Source of the DNA: a virus
Taxonomy: Duplodnaviria; Caudoviricetes
Virus record (IMG/VR): IMGVR_UViG_3300037119_000577
Coordinates: 1 to 57,597 of that record
Length of the DNA: 57,597 nt
Strand: one strand, 5' to 3'
A program made the position numbers and the translations under genes. Below, piece by piece: positions 48,032 to 55,789 of the stretch; within the stretch, counting starts at the first letter, position 1, and the number at the start of each line of letters is the position of its first letter. The notes under the pieces were generated by a model. That model did no database searches. It saw only the letters and a program-made list of their open reading frames with translations, and was not told the origin of the DNA.

Positions 48032-48047
48032 TGCAAGAATCGCGCCA
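48032..48047 (-). promoter_or_regulatory. sigma54 promoter at the head of the packaging/structural operon
   Basis: TGGCGCGATTCTTGCA, correctly oriented, about 30 nt before the first start. Confidence 0.7.
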
Positions 48048-48089
48048 CTCTGTTATCAATATAGACCGAGGCACTCTTAATGTCAACTA

Positions 48090-49439
48090 TTATTGAATCT
48101 TGGGGACCCAATCATTGTAGTCTTTATACTTGCGCATCAAGACCTTGTAACAGGACTCCATATAATGCCGCAGCGTATCCTTATCTTCCGCTTTTACGAT
48201 GAAAGAATCGTGAACCCCTAAACAAGGTCTACCGGCGCGCTTGAACGATAACATAATATTATTAGCCAGTTGCGAGTCTAGATATTGTAGGTCAAGCCCT
48301 ATACCTGTAAAAAATTTATCTGCAATCGGGGCGTGCGCGCCTATTAGCAAATCGATCAAAGACTTTGCCGGGTCGTTGCAGTCCGACACACTTAACCCAT
48401 CATGCAAGATGATACCCTTCTCCTTTAAACCGCTTACAATGGCCTTAATCGCAACCTGGCGCGACGTTGCGTTAAAGACGCACATCAGGGCCACTTTCGC
48501 CGCCTCGCGGTTTAGCGGGCCAATTCCGGCTGCCTGGTAGGGATCTCCGACTACAGGTGCACCTTTAATATGGTAGATCATCGTCGGATGCAAAGAGCTG
48601 TAGTCTAACTCAACCGTAGGCTCCCCATCGATCTCTATAGTGGCTCGCTCCAGCTTACGCAGGTTCTGGAAGTCCGCGTAAAACCTACCCCCCTTATGGA
48701 ACCTCCCCATGAATACTCTATTAAATGATATAGACGCCGGTTCCAAATCTATAGATTTCCTATTTGGGTTACTTATCAGTAATGATTGGTCTAATGTACT
48801 AAGTCTTCTATGTAGGAGGGGGAGGGAGAGGGGGGGAGGGGTGTACCTATACTTATAGGATAGATTACTATCATTAATTAGTCCTAATAACTGATGAGTC
48901 TCTTTAATCTTTCCAGATAAGTAGTACTTCATTAACTTACCCGTATCAGGGTTCCGTAGGAGGAGGCGCCCCTTTTCCTTTATTTGTTCGGTACTTAGGG
49001 TGTTTACGTACTGAGCCAGCAATCGGTTAAACTTAACCGTAGGCCAAAGACCAGTACGGAGGCCCTTTTCGTAACCTGGCGTTTTGAATCCCTTTTTCTG
49101 TTCTAGAAAACCGTCTCGCTCGAGGGTGTCGATCGCTAAGACTAATGCGGCTAGGTTTATATGTTTGTAATTGTACACCTTTGGGTCCTTAACATAGTCC
49201 GACGCGGCCCGCGAGACCACGACGCGGCACTCCGACGCCTGTTGCTCGGAGATCAAGGATGCGCACGCGAGATTGAATATGAGACATGTATACGCGAGCT
49301 GCGTTTCGGGACCGGGACCAACGTTAAATTGTCCAATGATGTTGCGGGATAGGTCGCCGATTTCGCCCCGGGACATCGAGAAAAAAATGAATAGGCCGTG
49401 GGGGTCTGTGCCAGACTTCGGTAAGGTATCAATACTCAT
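48090..49439 (-). CDS. Compact PolA / single-subunit RNAP-like palm-domain protein
   Basis: GGRFY..FQNL, motif A VELDYSSLHP, motif B REAAK, LQYLDS, motif C GVHDSFIV; no exonuclease domain. Confidence 0.7.
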   Translation of the reverse strand: MSIDTLPKSGTDPHGLFIFFSMSRGEIGDLSRNIIGQFNVGPGPETQLAYTCLIFNLACASLISEQQASECRVVVSRAASDYVKDPKVYNYKHINLAALVLAIDTLERDGFLEQKKGFKTPGYEKGLRTGLWPTVKFNRLLAQYVNTLSTEQIKEKGRLLLRNPDTGKLMKYYLSGKIKETHQLLGLINDSNLSYKYRYTPPPLSLPLLHRRLSTLDQSLLISNPNRKSIDLEPASISFNRVFMGRFHKGGRFYADFQNLRKLERATIEIDGEPTVELDYSSLHPTMIYHIKGAPVVGDPYQAAGIGPLNREAAKVALMCVFNATSRQVAIKAIVSGLKEKGIILHDGLSVSDCNDPAKSLIDLLIGAHAPIADKFFTGIGLDLQYLDSQLANNIMLSFKRAGRPCLGVHDSFIVKAEDKDTLRHYMESCYKVLMRKYKDYNDWVPKIQ

Positions 49440-49473
49440 CGTAAAGGCTCCTGCAAGTTAGTGCCCGACAGAC

Positions 49474-49518
49474 TTATCGGTAAAATCTATTAAAGTCTTG
49501 AGGGCCGTCTGCCGATTA
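49474..49518. promoter_or_regulatory. Overlapping divergent sigma28 promoters
   Basis: +: TAAAGTCT-N12-GCCGATTA (49491-49518); -: TCAAGACT-N12-ACCGATAA (49501-49474). Confidence 0.75.
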
Positions 49519-49538
49519 GTGGGGTGGAGGTACGATTT

Positions 49539-49703
49539 ATGATTTTATGGGTGCAGTTTAGAACGCCGAATACTCCCGATAGACTCGAGGGCCGGCACGG
49601 TCGGTGGGGGTTCGACACGGCCGGGGCCCTTTATCCGGCCCGGGGCTGGGTTAACGCGAGATACGTACCCTACTGCCCCACCGTCGGCATATTTTGGGCA
49701 TAA
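49539..49703 (+). CDS. CPT-motif microprotein (54 aa)
   Basis: GGAGG RBS; MILWVQF...YVPYCPTVGIFWA. Confidence 0.8.
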   Translation: MILWVQFRTPNTPDRLEGRHGRWGFDTAGALYPARGWVNARYVPYCPTVGIFWA

Positions 49704-49718
49704 TTAAGGAGTCCGTGT

Positions 49719-49895
49719 ATGTGGGTTCATAGTGGCGGCCCCGATTCGCCGGTTAAGTTGCTCAGGTCGGGAGATATGGCGGGCCTACAAAATCCGATGT
49801 ACGAACCTTTCTCGGCCTGGCTTGCGCGCACTTGTTCATGGGACTTCTGCTGCCCCACCGCGCAGCTTTTCAATCGGGGAGGGTCGAACCTGTGA
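49719..49895 (+). CDS. CPT-motif microprotein (58 aa)
   Basis: AAGGAG RBS; MWVHSGG...WDFCCPTAQLFNRGGSNL. Confidence 0.8.
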   Translation: MWVHSGGPDSPVKLLRSGDMAGLQNPMYEPFSAWLARTCSWDFCCPTAQLFNRGGSNL

Positions 49896-50128
49896 AAATC
49901 GTGCGGCCGATTCGTATGATGCGGGTAACGGCGGACGTAGGGCCAAAATACTGGTTGGTTAAGGTCGCGCCGCCCGGGCGTACGAACTGGATGCACGGAC
50001 TCTATTACTTTATTATGCGCGATGGGGGTAGTAAGCTTGATACGATTAGCGAACGCGCTCTAATTGAGTTCGGCTATCGGCCCGTTTGCGAACTCCAGGC
50101 CCTTTTCGCTATTGAGGAGACCCCGTGA
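49892..50128 (+). CDS. CPT-motif variant microprotein (78 aa)
   Basis: GTGA overlap; ...YRPVCELQALFAIEETP. Confidence 0.7.
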   Translation: MKIVRPIRMMRVTADVGPKYWLVKVAPPGRTNWMHGLYYFIMRDGGSKLDTISERALIEFGYRPVCELQALFAIEETP

Positions 50129-50373
50129 AATTCTTCCCCACGCAAGTCGACGACATAATTATGAATTTAGGCGGTAAGTACTTCTTGGTCGGAGAGCGTA
50201 TGTATAAGGAGAAATACTCCTTAGGGGCGCCGTGGGACCTCGTATCGCCGTCTGGGAGTTCGCCGTTCGGCCCTACAGAGTGGGACCGGTGGCGGAAGAG
50301 TTACGATCATCGTCTGATACGGTGTGATACGGTAAAGCTATTTTGCGGAGGGACCGATGTACGTAATCCATAA
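50125..50373 (+). CDS. CPT-motif microprotein (82 aa)
   Basis: ...RLIRCDTVKLFCGGTDVRNP. Confidence 0.75.
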   Translation: MKFFPTQVDDIIMNLGGKYFLVGERMYKEKYSLGAPWDLVSPSGSSPFGPTEWDRWRKSYDHRLIRCDTVKLFCGGTDVRNP

Positions 50374-50536
50374 ATCAGATGGGCGCGTGGAAAGGTTGTA
50401 CCGGGGAGACTACGGACAATTTTGGCGTGCCGGAGTGGGTCCGCATCATGTACGTCCGCTAAAATTGTGGACGTTCTATTGGTACGTTCACATTTGTCCC
50501 ACGGTGGAGATGATCATATCTAAGGAGAATTTCTAA
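50357..50536 (+). CDS. CPT-motif microprotein (59 aa)
   Basis: GGAGG RBS; MYVIHK...YVHICPTVEMIISKENF. Confidence 0.8.
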   Translation: MYVIHKSDGRVERLYRGDYGQFWRAGVGPHHVRPLKLWTFYWYVHICPTVEMIISKENF

Positions 50537-50739
50537 TGCGGATCGGTGATCTTCAAGTGGGCGATATTATTTGGGAAACCGAGTCCGGACTACTTAAAGG
50601 GGGCCTAGTTCTGAATTCTCGTCATTATATTTGTGAGACGAATCGTTTGGACCTACCCGCTCACGACCTAGATATTTCCTATCTGCGTGTAGTGCGGTGC
50701 CCGCTCTTGACGAAACTTTTCCCGGGGAGTCCGCTTTAA
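50536..50739 (+). CDS. CPT-motif variant microprotein (67 aa)
   Basis: TAATG overlap; ...RVVRCPLLTKLFPGSPL. Confidence 0.7.
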   Translation: MRIGDLQVGDIIWETESGLLKGGLVLNSRHYICETNRLDLPAHDLDISYLRVVRCPLLTKLFPGSPL

Positions 50740-50749
50740 AATTATGTTC

Positions 50750-50776
50750 TAAAGTTTTTCCGCGCGGGGTCGATAA
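50750..50776 (+). promoter_or_regulatory. sigma28 promoter upstream of the MoxR ATPase
   Basis: TAAAGTTT-N11-GTCGATAA. Confidence 0.8.
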
Positions 50777-50830
50777 GAAGTAAGTGAGTTGCGAAAGTCC
50801 ACTATTAATATCTTTACCGGAGTAACGTCG

Positions 50831-52069
50831 ATGAATCTTAAAGAGTACCGCGAGGCGCTGCCCCTACTGTTCCAGGCACGCGTAACGTCACTTTGCTGGT
50901 CATTTCACGGAGTTGGAAAGAGTTCCGTTCCGCAACAATTTGCGGACGAGGGGGGCCATAAGCTAGTCAATTACCGTCTCGGCAATGTGGAGGCCGGGGA
51001 ACTTCTAGGTATCCCGACCGAGGTTATTGACCAGTACAATTCGGCCAATAAAGTCGCCACTCGCAACCTAATGCCCGAGTGGCTTAAAGATATGATCGCC
51101 TTTTGTGTAGCTAATCCGGATAAATATGGCATTCTACACTTGGACGAGATCAACCACTGCAGAAAAGACATGCAGTCATTCGTTTTCCAAATGTCCCTGG
51201 ATCACCGCCTGCACGAAACGGACTTCCCACCGAACCTTCATGTGATTTGTTCAGCAAACCCCCCTACGGACGACTACGCGGGCGTGTTCGACTTTTCCAA
51301 CAAGGCGCTCTTAAGCCGCTTCTGTCATATTAAGCTTCAGCCCACCTCCTCGGAATGGCTCGAGTATGCGCGCTTCAAAGAGTTCGACGCCGACGTGGTC
51401 GACTATATTGCTCTTAATCCGGAGCAGCTCGACCCGGTCCTTCAGCCGTTCTCCGTGGACGAATACGCGAACCGGAACCGCCGAAGTTTCGAGTTCTTCT
51501 CGAGGCTCCGGAAGCTGGGCGCCTCGAATGAGCTTCTGATGGGTATCATCGGTTCGGCGAACGTACTCGCTTTTAATAAGTGGCTCGACGAAGCCCGGGA
51601 AAAGTCCATTGTGGGTGCGGACATTCTCGACGGCTATTCGAAGGTCCAAGATCGGGTGCGCGAACTTGTGAAGGCGGGTAAAATCGCCTCCCTGACCACG
51701 ATAACCGCGTCCCTGGTGTCCGCAATCGAGCCGATCCCCGAGGCGGCCTTCGTCGACCAAGTGGACCGTGTGCGCAATGTGGCGGCCTTTATTTGCGACT
51801 TGCCCCCGGACATCGGTTGGGCCGCTGCGAGTCAGATCGTATTCCTTCCCGCCGCCCACTACGGTCCCGACAAGCCCACCGGCAAGGAGCCCACCCAAAC
51901 GCCCGGATCGATGTGGGGCCCCCACACGTGTCCGGAGCTTTACGAAACCGTAAAAGCGTGGAAGGAAGCGGGCATCGACAAGAAGCACCAGGCCGCGGAA
52001 GAGACGAAAGCCAGAGAGGCCGAAGTTGCCGCAGAAGCCCCAGTCGCCAAAAAGAAAAAGAAGGCTTAA
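50831..52069 (+). CDS. MoxR-like AAA+ ATPase
   Basis: HGVGKS, LLGIP, LHLDEINH, SANP, ALLSRF. Confidence 0.85.
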   Translation: MNLKEYREALPLLFQARVTSLCWSFHGVGKSSVPQQFADEGGHKLVNYRLGNVEAGELLGIPTEVIDQYNSANKVATRNLMPEWLKDMIAFCVANPDKYGILHLDEINHCRKDMQSFVFQMSLDHRLHETDFPPNLHVICSANPPTDDYAGVFDFSNKALLSRFCHIKLQPTSSEWLEYARFKEFDADVVDYIALNPEQLDPVLQPFSVDEYANRNRRSFEFFSRLRKLGASNELLMGIIGSANVLAFNKWLDEAREKSIVGADILDGYSKVQDRVRELVKAGKIASLTTITASLVSAIEPIPEAAFVDQVDRVRNVAAFICDLPPDIGWAAASQIVFLPAAHYGPDKPTGKEPTQTPGSMWGPHTCPELYETVKAWKEAGIDKKHQAAEETKAREAEVAAEAPVAKKKKKA

Positions 52070-52086
52070 TCCTTTTAGGAGATCTC

Positions 52087-52299
52087 ATGTATATTATGTT
52101 GTATGTTATTGTACCTATCGGCTACAACGATAAGACAGACTGGGTCGATTTTATGGACGTTCAGTGCGCGGGCCCCTTTGATACTGAGGAGGCGATGCAC
52201 GAATTCGATATACCGCTATTAAGTGGTACCTGCGCCCCGCTTAAATTTTTCCGCCTAGATCCTGCGACGGGCCTATACGCGCCGTATCTTCCAGAATGA
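52087..52299 (+). CDS. Small protein, weak motif variant (70 aa)
   Basis: AGGAG RBS; internal GTCAPLKFF. Confidence 0.6.
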   Translation: MYIMLYVIVPIGYNDKTDWVDFMDVQCAGPFDTEEAMHEFDIPLLSGTCAPLKFFRLDPATGLYAPYLPE

Positions 52300-52439
52300 G
52301 AGTCTACTGGTCTCGCATCCGCGGCGACTACGGCCGCAACGTTGAGAATCCGGGTATGCGGGAGCTTTTCTGGGAGCATATCCCCTTAGAAGAAATCGCG
52401 TGCCCCACGGTTGGCCTATTTTTAAGGGAGTACTCTTAA
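52296..52439 (+). CDS. CPT-motif microprotein (47 aa)
   Basis: MRVYWSR...EEIACPTVGLFLREYS; ATGA and TAATG overlaps. Confidence 0.82.
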   Translation: MRVYWSRIRGDYGRNVENPGMRELFWEHIPLEEIACPTVGLFLREYS

Positions 52440-53593
52440 TGGATATTAATCCCCTCGAGCGCGCGATCATGCACTTGATTCGCGAGGAGCGCTGGTACGC
52501 CGAAGTGATCATGCAACTGGACCGTAAGGAGGACCCCAAAATCCCGGGAGGCACCGCCGCGGTGGGTATTCGCCCCCGGCCCACCCTCTACTATCATCCG
52601 GATCTATTTGCGAATAACGACTTACAGACGAACGTCCAACTCCTTAAACACGAAGTGGTCCATCTTCTTAATCAGCACTTAACGCGCACGGGCGGAACGA
52701 TGAACCGCCTCCAGAACGCGGCTGCGGACCTCGCCGTTAATTCCTTTATCGACGGCTTTCAGGGCCTTAAGACGAAGGACCCCGACGGCCAGTGGACCTT
52801 CAAGAAGGGGTGCACGGTCGAGAATATGAAGGACCAGTTTCCGTCATTGATCAAGGGGCAGACTATGGAGTGGTACATTGCCGCTCTCAAGCAGGACGGC
52901 GCAACCGAGGGGGGTGCTCCCGACACGTCCGACGATCACTCGAAGTGGTCCGAGGGCGACTCGTCCGGGTCCGAACTCGAGGAGTACGCCGTCAAAGGGA
53001 TCATGCAAACCGCGGTCGAGCGCACCCAGCGCGCCGGGGGGCAGGTTCCCGACGGTCTTCGGGACCTCCTTAAGAGCTTGCTATCAAGTAAGAGCCAGTG
53101 GCAGCGGGAGCTTCAACGGTTCCCCCAAGATGCTGAAATCGTGGGCACTGAAGATACGTGGCGCCGCAGGAATCGGAGGTTGGGATCTATAGTTCCCGGG
53201 TCCAAGAAGGTCCGCAAAGTCAAGGTGTGCGTGGGTATTGATGTATCCGGATCGGTGGACGGGCCTCTGTTGCAGCTTTTTTACGCGGAAATCGACAAAA
53301 TCGCCCAACATGCCGAAGTGGTAGCGAGTTTCTTTGACCATTGCGTGCAAAAAACGCTCCCGTGGTCTGAAGTGCGCAAACTTTCCAAAATTCCGGGCGG
53401 GGGCGGTACCTGTTTTCAGCCGATGCTCGACGAGGCCACAAAGATTAAAGCTGATGGGCTAATCATGTTAACTGACGGCATGAACGGGGACACGATCACC
53501 CGGCCGAAGTACCCGGTAATCTGGGCCGTCCCGGAACAGTACAACTACGTGCCCCAATTCGGAAAGTTGGTCAATATTGCGGATCCGAAATGA
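52439..53593 (+). CDS. HExxH metallopeptidase-like + vWA domain protein (MoxR partner)
   Basis: HEVVH..H..R, NAAADLAVN, MIDAS DVSGS, GGGGT, LTDG. Confidence 0.88.
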   Translation: MDINPLERAIMHLIREERWYAEVIMQLDRKEDPKIPGGTAAVGIRPRPTLYYHPDLFANNDLQTNVQLLKHEVVHLLNQHLTRTGGTMNRLQNAAADLAVNSFIDGFQGLKTKDPDGQWTFKKGCTVENMKDQFPSLIKGQTMEWYIAALKQDGATEGGAPDTSDDHSKWSEGDSSGSELEEYAVKGIMQTAVERTQRAGGQVPDGLRDLLKSLLSSKSQWQRELQRFPQDAEIVGTEDTWRRRNRRLGSIVPGSKKVRKVKVCVGIDVSGSVDGPLLQLFYAEIDKIAQHAEVVASFFDHCVQKTLPWSEVRKLSKIPGGGGTCFQPMLDEATKIKADGLIMLTDGMNGDTITRPKYPVIWAVPEQYNYVPQFGKLVNIADPK

Positions 53594-53730
53594 AAATATG
53601 GGGATGGGACGCTACGTATAATTCGTGGGTGTTAATCGGACGTAACGCGTGTCGCGCCTGGCCCATTTGGAGTGGGCACTTTATAGCATGCCCTACTGTA
53701 GCTCTACTAATACAGGATCCGAAATGAAAA
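53581..53730 (+). repeat. 16-bp direct repeat GGATCCGAAATGAAAA flanking one microprotein gene
   Basis: Identical copies at 53581-53596 and 53715-53730. Confidence 0.9.
53590..53727 (+). CDS. CPT-motif microprotein (45 aa)
   Basis: MKIWGW...HFIACPTVALLIQDPK. Confidence 0.8.
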   Translation: MKIWGWDATYNSWVLIGRNACRAWPIWSGHFIACPTVALLIQDPK

Positions 53731-53864
53731 ACGGAATTCAGGGTGTCGTCTGGTGGCGCGAGTTCGGTGATTATCCGAACCCATGGCGGTCCAGGTTTAT
53801 GGTGGACTCCGGAATTGCTGAACGGCTCTGGTGTGAAACGTGCAAACTGATGGGGACTAAATGA
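53724..53864 (+). CDS. CPT-motif microprotein (46 aa)
   Basis: MKNGIQGVVWWR...RLWCETCKLMGTK. Confidence 0.8.
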   Translation: MKNGIQGVVWWREFGDYPNPWRSRFMVDSGIAERLWCETCKLMGTK

Positions 53865-54013
53865 TTTTTCGCTCAAAAAGTGTTTGGTGGCGCCCTTTTA
53901 ACGACCCACAAGCGGGGCCGGAGACGTGCCCTTACGATTTCTACACCAACTCGTACGTCGCCGAGGGTCTATACTGTCCCACGTGTAAGCTTTTCGCCAC
54001 TCGAGGCACTTAA
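53861..54013 (+). CDS. CPT-motif microprotein (50 aa)
   Basis: MIFRSKSVWWR...GLYCPTCKLFATRGT. Confidence 0.82.
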   Translation: MIFRSKSVWWRPFNDPQAGPETCPYDFYTNSYVAEGLYCPTCKLFATRGT

Positions 54014-54150
54014 TGTACTGGTTCACCATAAATGGGGGGCCTGAATGGGAATATTATATACCCGGGCGCTCCGGCGACACGGTCTACAGCAACGAAACGA
54101 TATGCGAAACGTGCCGACTCTTTTTACGCGAGTCTACTCATAATGCTTGA
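54013..54150 (+). CDS. CPT-motif microprotein (45 aa)
   Basis: MYWFTI...ETICETCRLFLRESTHNA. Confidence 0.82.
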   Translation: MYWFTINGGPEWEYYIPGRSGDTVYSNETICETCRLFLRESTHNA

Positions 54151-54679
54151 CCAAATACACGAATTTAACATCGATCGCCGTAAGCGCACTCTCTATTGCT
54201 TATACGAGTCCATCGACGGCGCGGCGGCGAATCAATTCCTTAAAAATCTTGATTACCTCAATCGCACCAAGGGCCGGATCCGCGTATACTTTTCCACCAG
54301 CGGCGGTTCGGTGATCGACGGTCTCACGATGTACGAGGCGATCCGGCGGTCCGCCAATCCCGTAGATATCATTATTACCGGCGCCGTCCAGTCGATCGGG
54401 GCGTTTATTATCCAAGCCGCCCATCGCCGCCTGATTGAGCCCACTGCCTATATCATGTATCATTCCGGGACGTTCCAGACTTCGGAAACCGCCGTGGACG
54501 AGGTCGCTAAAGAGGCCTTGTTTACTCGCGACCAATTCTCGATGATCGACTCCTTGATGTATGCGCGTATCAAGCCAAAGATGTCCCTCGATGCGTTTCG
54601 GGAAGCCGTGAGGAGATCTATTTGGCTTGATGCTAGGCAAGCTTTGAAGGCGGGATACGTGGACGAGGTGCTTAAATGA
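54143..54679 (+). CDS. ClpP-like protease (cytoplasmic)
   Basis: STSGGSV..G..MYEAI, VQSIG (Ser), IMYH (His), WLDARQALKAGYVD; start moved to ATG 54143. Confidence 0.85.
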   Translation: MLDQIHEFNIDRRKRTLYCLYESIDGAAANQFLKNLDYLNRTKGRIRVYFSTSGGSVIDGLTMYEAIRRSANPVDIIITGAVQSIGAFIIQAAHRRLIEPTAYIMYHSGTFQTSETAVDEVAKEALFTRDQFSMIDSLMYARIKPKMSLDAFREAVRRSIWLDARQALKAGYVDEVLK

Positions 54680-54957
54680 AAACTCTTTGGCTGTGGGCGG
54701 ATCCGCTGTCCGATAATGACAGCCCAAGAGCCACGTCGAATGCCGGATTGACTATAGGCGAACGTCGATTCGTCAAAATTGCGCAAGATAACGACAGTCA
54801 TATCAATGATCAAGCCGTTAAGCACGCCAACCATGGTTGGATCACCTCCAACACCATCGGAGTGCGCCTCGATCCGAATTCGAGCAGTTCCGCCTGGTGG
54901 GTTGCGCGAGAGAACTTGTCGATCTGCTGTCCAACCCTTTTTCTGATGGGTATCTAA
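54676..54957 (+). CDS. CPT-motif protein (93 aa)
   Basis: MKTLWLW...LSICCPTLFLMGI. Confidence 0.78.
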   Translation: MKTLWLWADPLSDNDSPRATSNAGLTIGERRFVKIAQDNDSHINDQAVKHANHGWITSNTIGVRLDPNSSSSAWWVARENLSICCPTLFLMGI

Positions 54958-55194
54958 ATGTGGTATCATTATATAGACTCGAAAACACCAATGCTCCGGG
55001 CCCTTCCAACCGATAAGATCGGCGCGCGTGCAGTTAGTGAGTTTATCAGTACGCCCGCTTATAGGACCAAGTACATCTGTCTACGAACTTTCCGCAACGA
55101 CCCGACGTCCGCAGCCTTTTATGAACGCCGTTACTATGAGGCCTTCTGCCCTCTGGTGCGCTTAATGGACGAGGTAGCCCGTGGTGTGGGTTAG
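54958..55194 (+). CDS. CPT-motif variant microprotein (78 aa)
   Basis: MWYHY...EAFCPLVRLMDEVARGVG. Confidence 0.75.
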   Translation: MWYHYIDSKTPMLRALPTDKIGARAVSEFISTPAYRTKYICLRTFRNDPTSAAFYERRYYEAFCPLVRLMDEVARGVG

Positions 55195-55339
55195 GACAAA
55201 TCATGGTGTAATCTGTGCAGTACGACATTCGCAAAACGAGTACGGCGGATATAAATATGTCAACTCGCGCGTGTCGTGGGATTTTGCGAAAAGTTTCAAG
55301 GTCTACTGCCCAACTTCCGCAATGTTATTCGGAGGTTAG
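55181..55339 (+). CDS. CPT-motif microprotein (52 aa)
   Basis: GAGG RBS; MVWVR...KVYCPTSAMLFGG. Confidence 0.8.
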   Translation: MVWVRTNHGVICAVRHSQNEYGGYKYVNSRVSWDFAKSFKVYCPTSAMLFGG

Positions 55340-55342
55340 CCG

Positions 55343-55489
55343 ATGTGGGTCCGGTTCAGTCACGTGAGCGATGCGGTGCGGTCATTCTGCGTCAATTGGG
55401 ACATCTTTAATACATGTTATAAAAACAAGTCTACGGTCCTAAAGTTTTGCTGCGAGACTGCCGATATGTTTAGAGTGGGAGGTGACTAA
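55343..55489 (+). CDS. CPT-motif microprotein (48 aa)
   Basis: GGAGG RBS; MWVRF...LKFCCETADMFRVGGD. Confidence 0.8.
   Translation: MWVRFSHVSDAVRSFCVNWDIFNTCYKNKSTVLKFCCETADMFRVGGD
55440..55467 (+). promoter_or_regulatory. Intragenic sigma28 promoter
   Basis: TAAAGTTT-N12-GCCGATAT. Confidence 0.65.
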
Positions 55490-55644
55490 TGTTTTAGTGG
55501 CGCGCGGGTCCCGGAAAGCACTTAAACGGGAAATGGTACAACTTCGAATACGCTAAAGCTAATGCCGTAATAGTTTCCGGTCAAGAAGTGTGCCCGACCG
55601 TCCGCCTGTTCGTGAGGATCTGGGATGTGGATGTATCACCGTAG
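55489..55644 (+). pseudogene. CPT-motif microprotein gene with amber stop at codon 3
   Basis: GGAGG RBS, ATG TTT TAG TGG then open to ...QEVCPTVRLFVRIWDVDVSP. Confidence 0.7.
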
Positions 55645-55789
55645 CGACCCCCTGCAATTCGGTAAAATGCAGCCGATGTACGAATATCGCTATATTACGT
55701 TAAGTGTAAATCAGTATTACCAGATTTCCGGATCGTCTAAGATATTCACGTACTTCTGCGATACGTGCGAAATGTTGCGAGGCGCCTGA
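55625..55789 (+). CDS. CPT-motif microprotein (54 aa)
   Basis: MWMYHR...TYFCDTCEMLRGA. Confidence 0.8.
   Translation: MWMYHRSDPLQFGKMQPMYEYRYITLSVNQYYQISGSSKIFTYFCDTCEMLRGA

Noticed and set aside
49452-49467. sigma54-like site CGGGCACTAACTTGCA before the polymerase-like gene
   Set aside because: Imperfect -24 element and it overlaps the RBS, leaving no room for a leader.
54032-54142. Track-proposed N-terminal extensions of ClpP (also vWA from 52400 and polA from 9651)
   Set aside because: They overlap tagged microprotein genes in another frame; downstream ATGs fit the coupling pattern better.
55495-55497. Genome-wide TAG reassignment
   Set aside because: Long genes are intact under code 11, TAG ends several genes, and no suppressor tRNA was seen.
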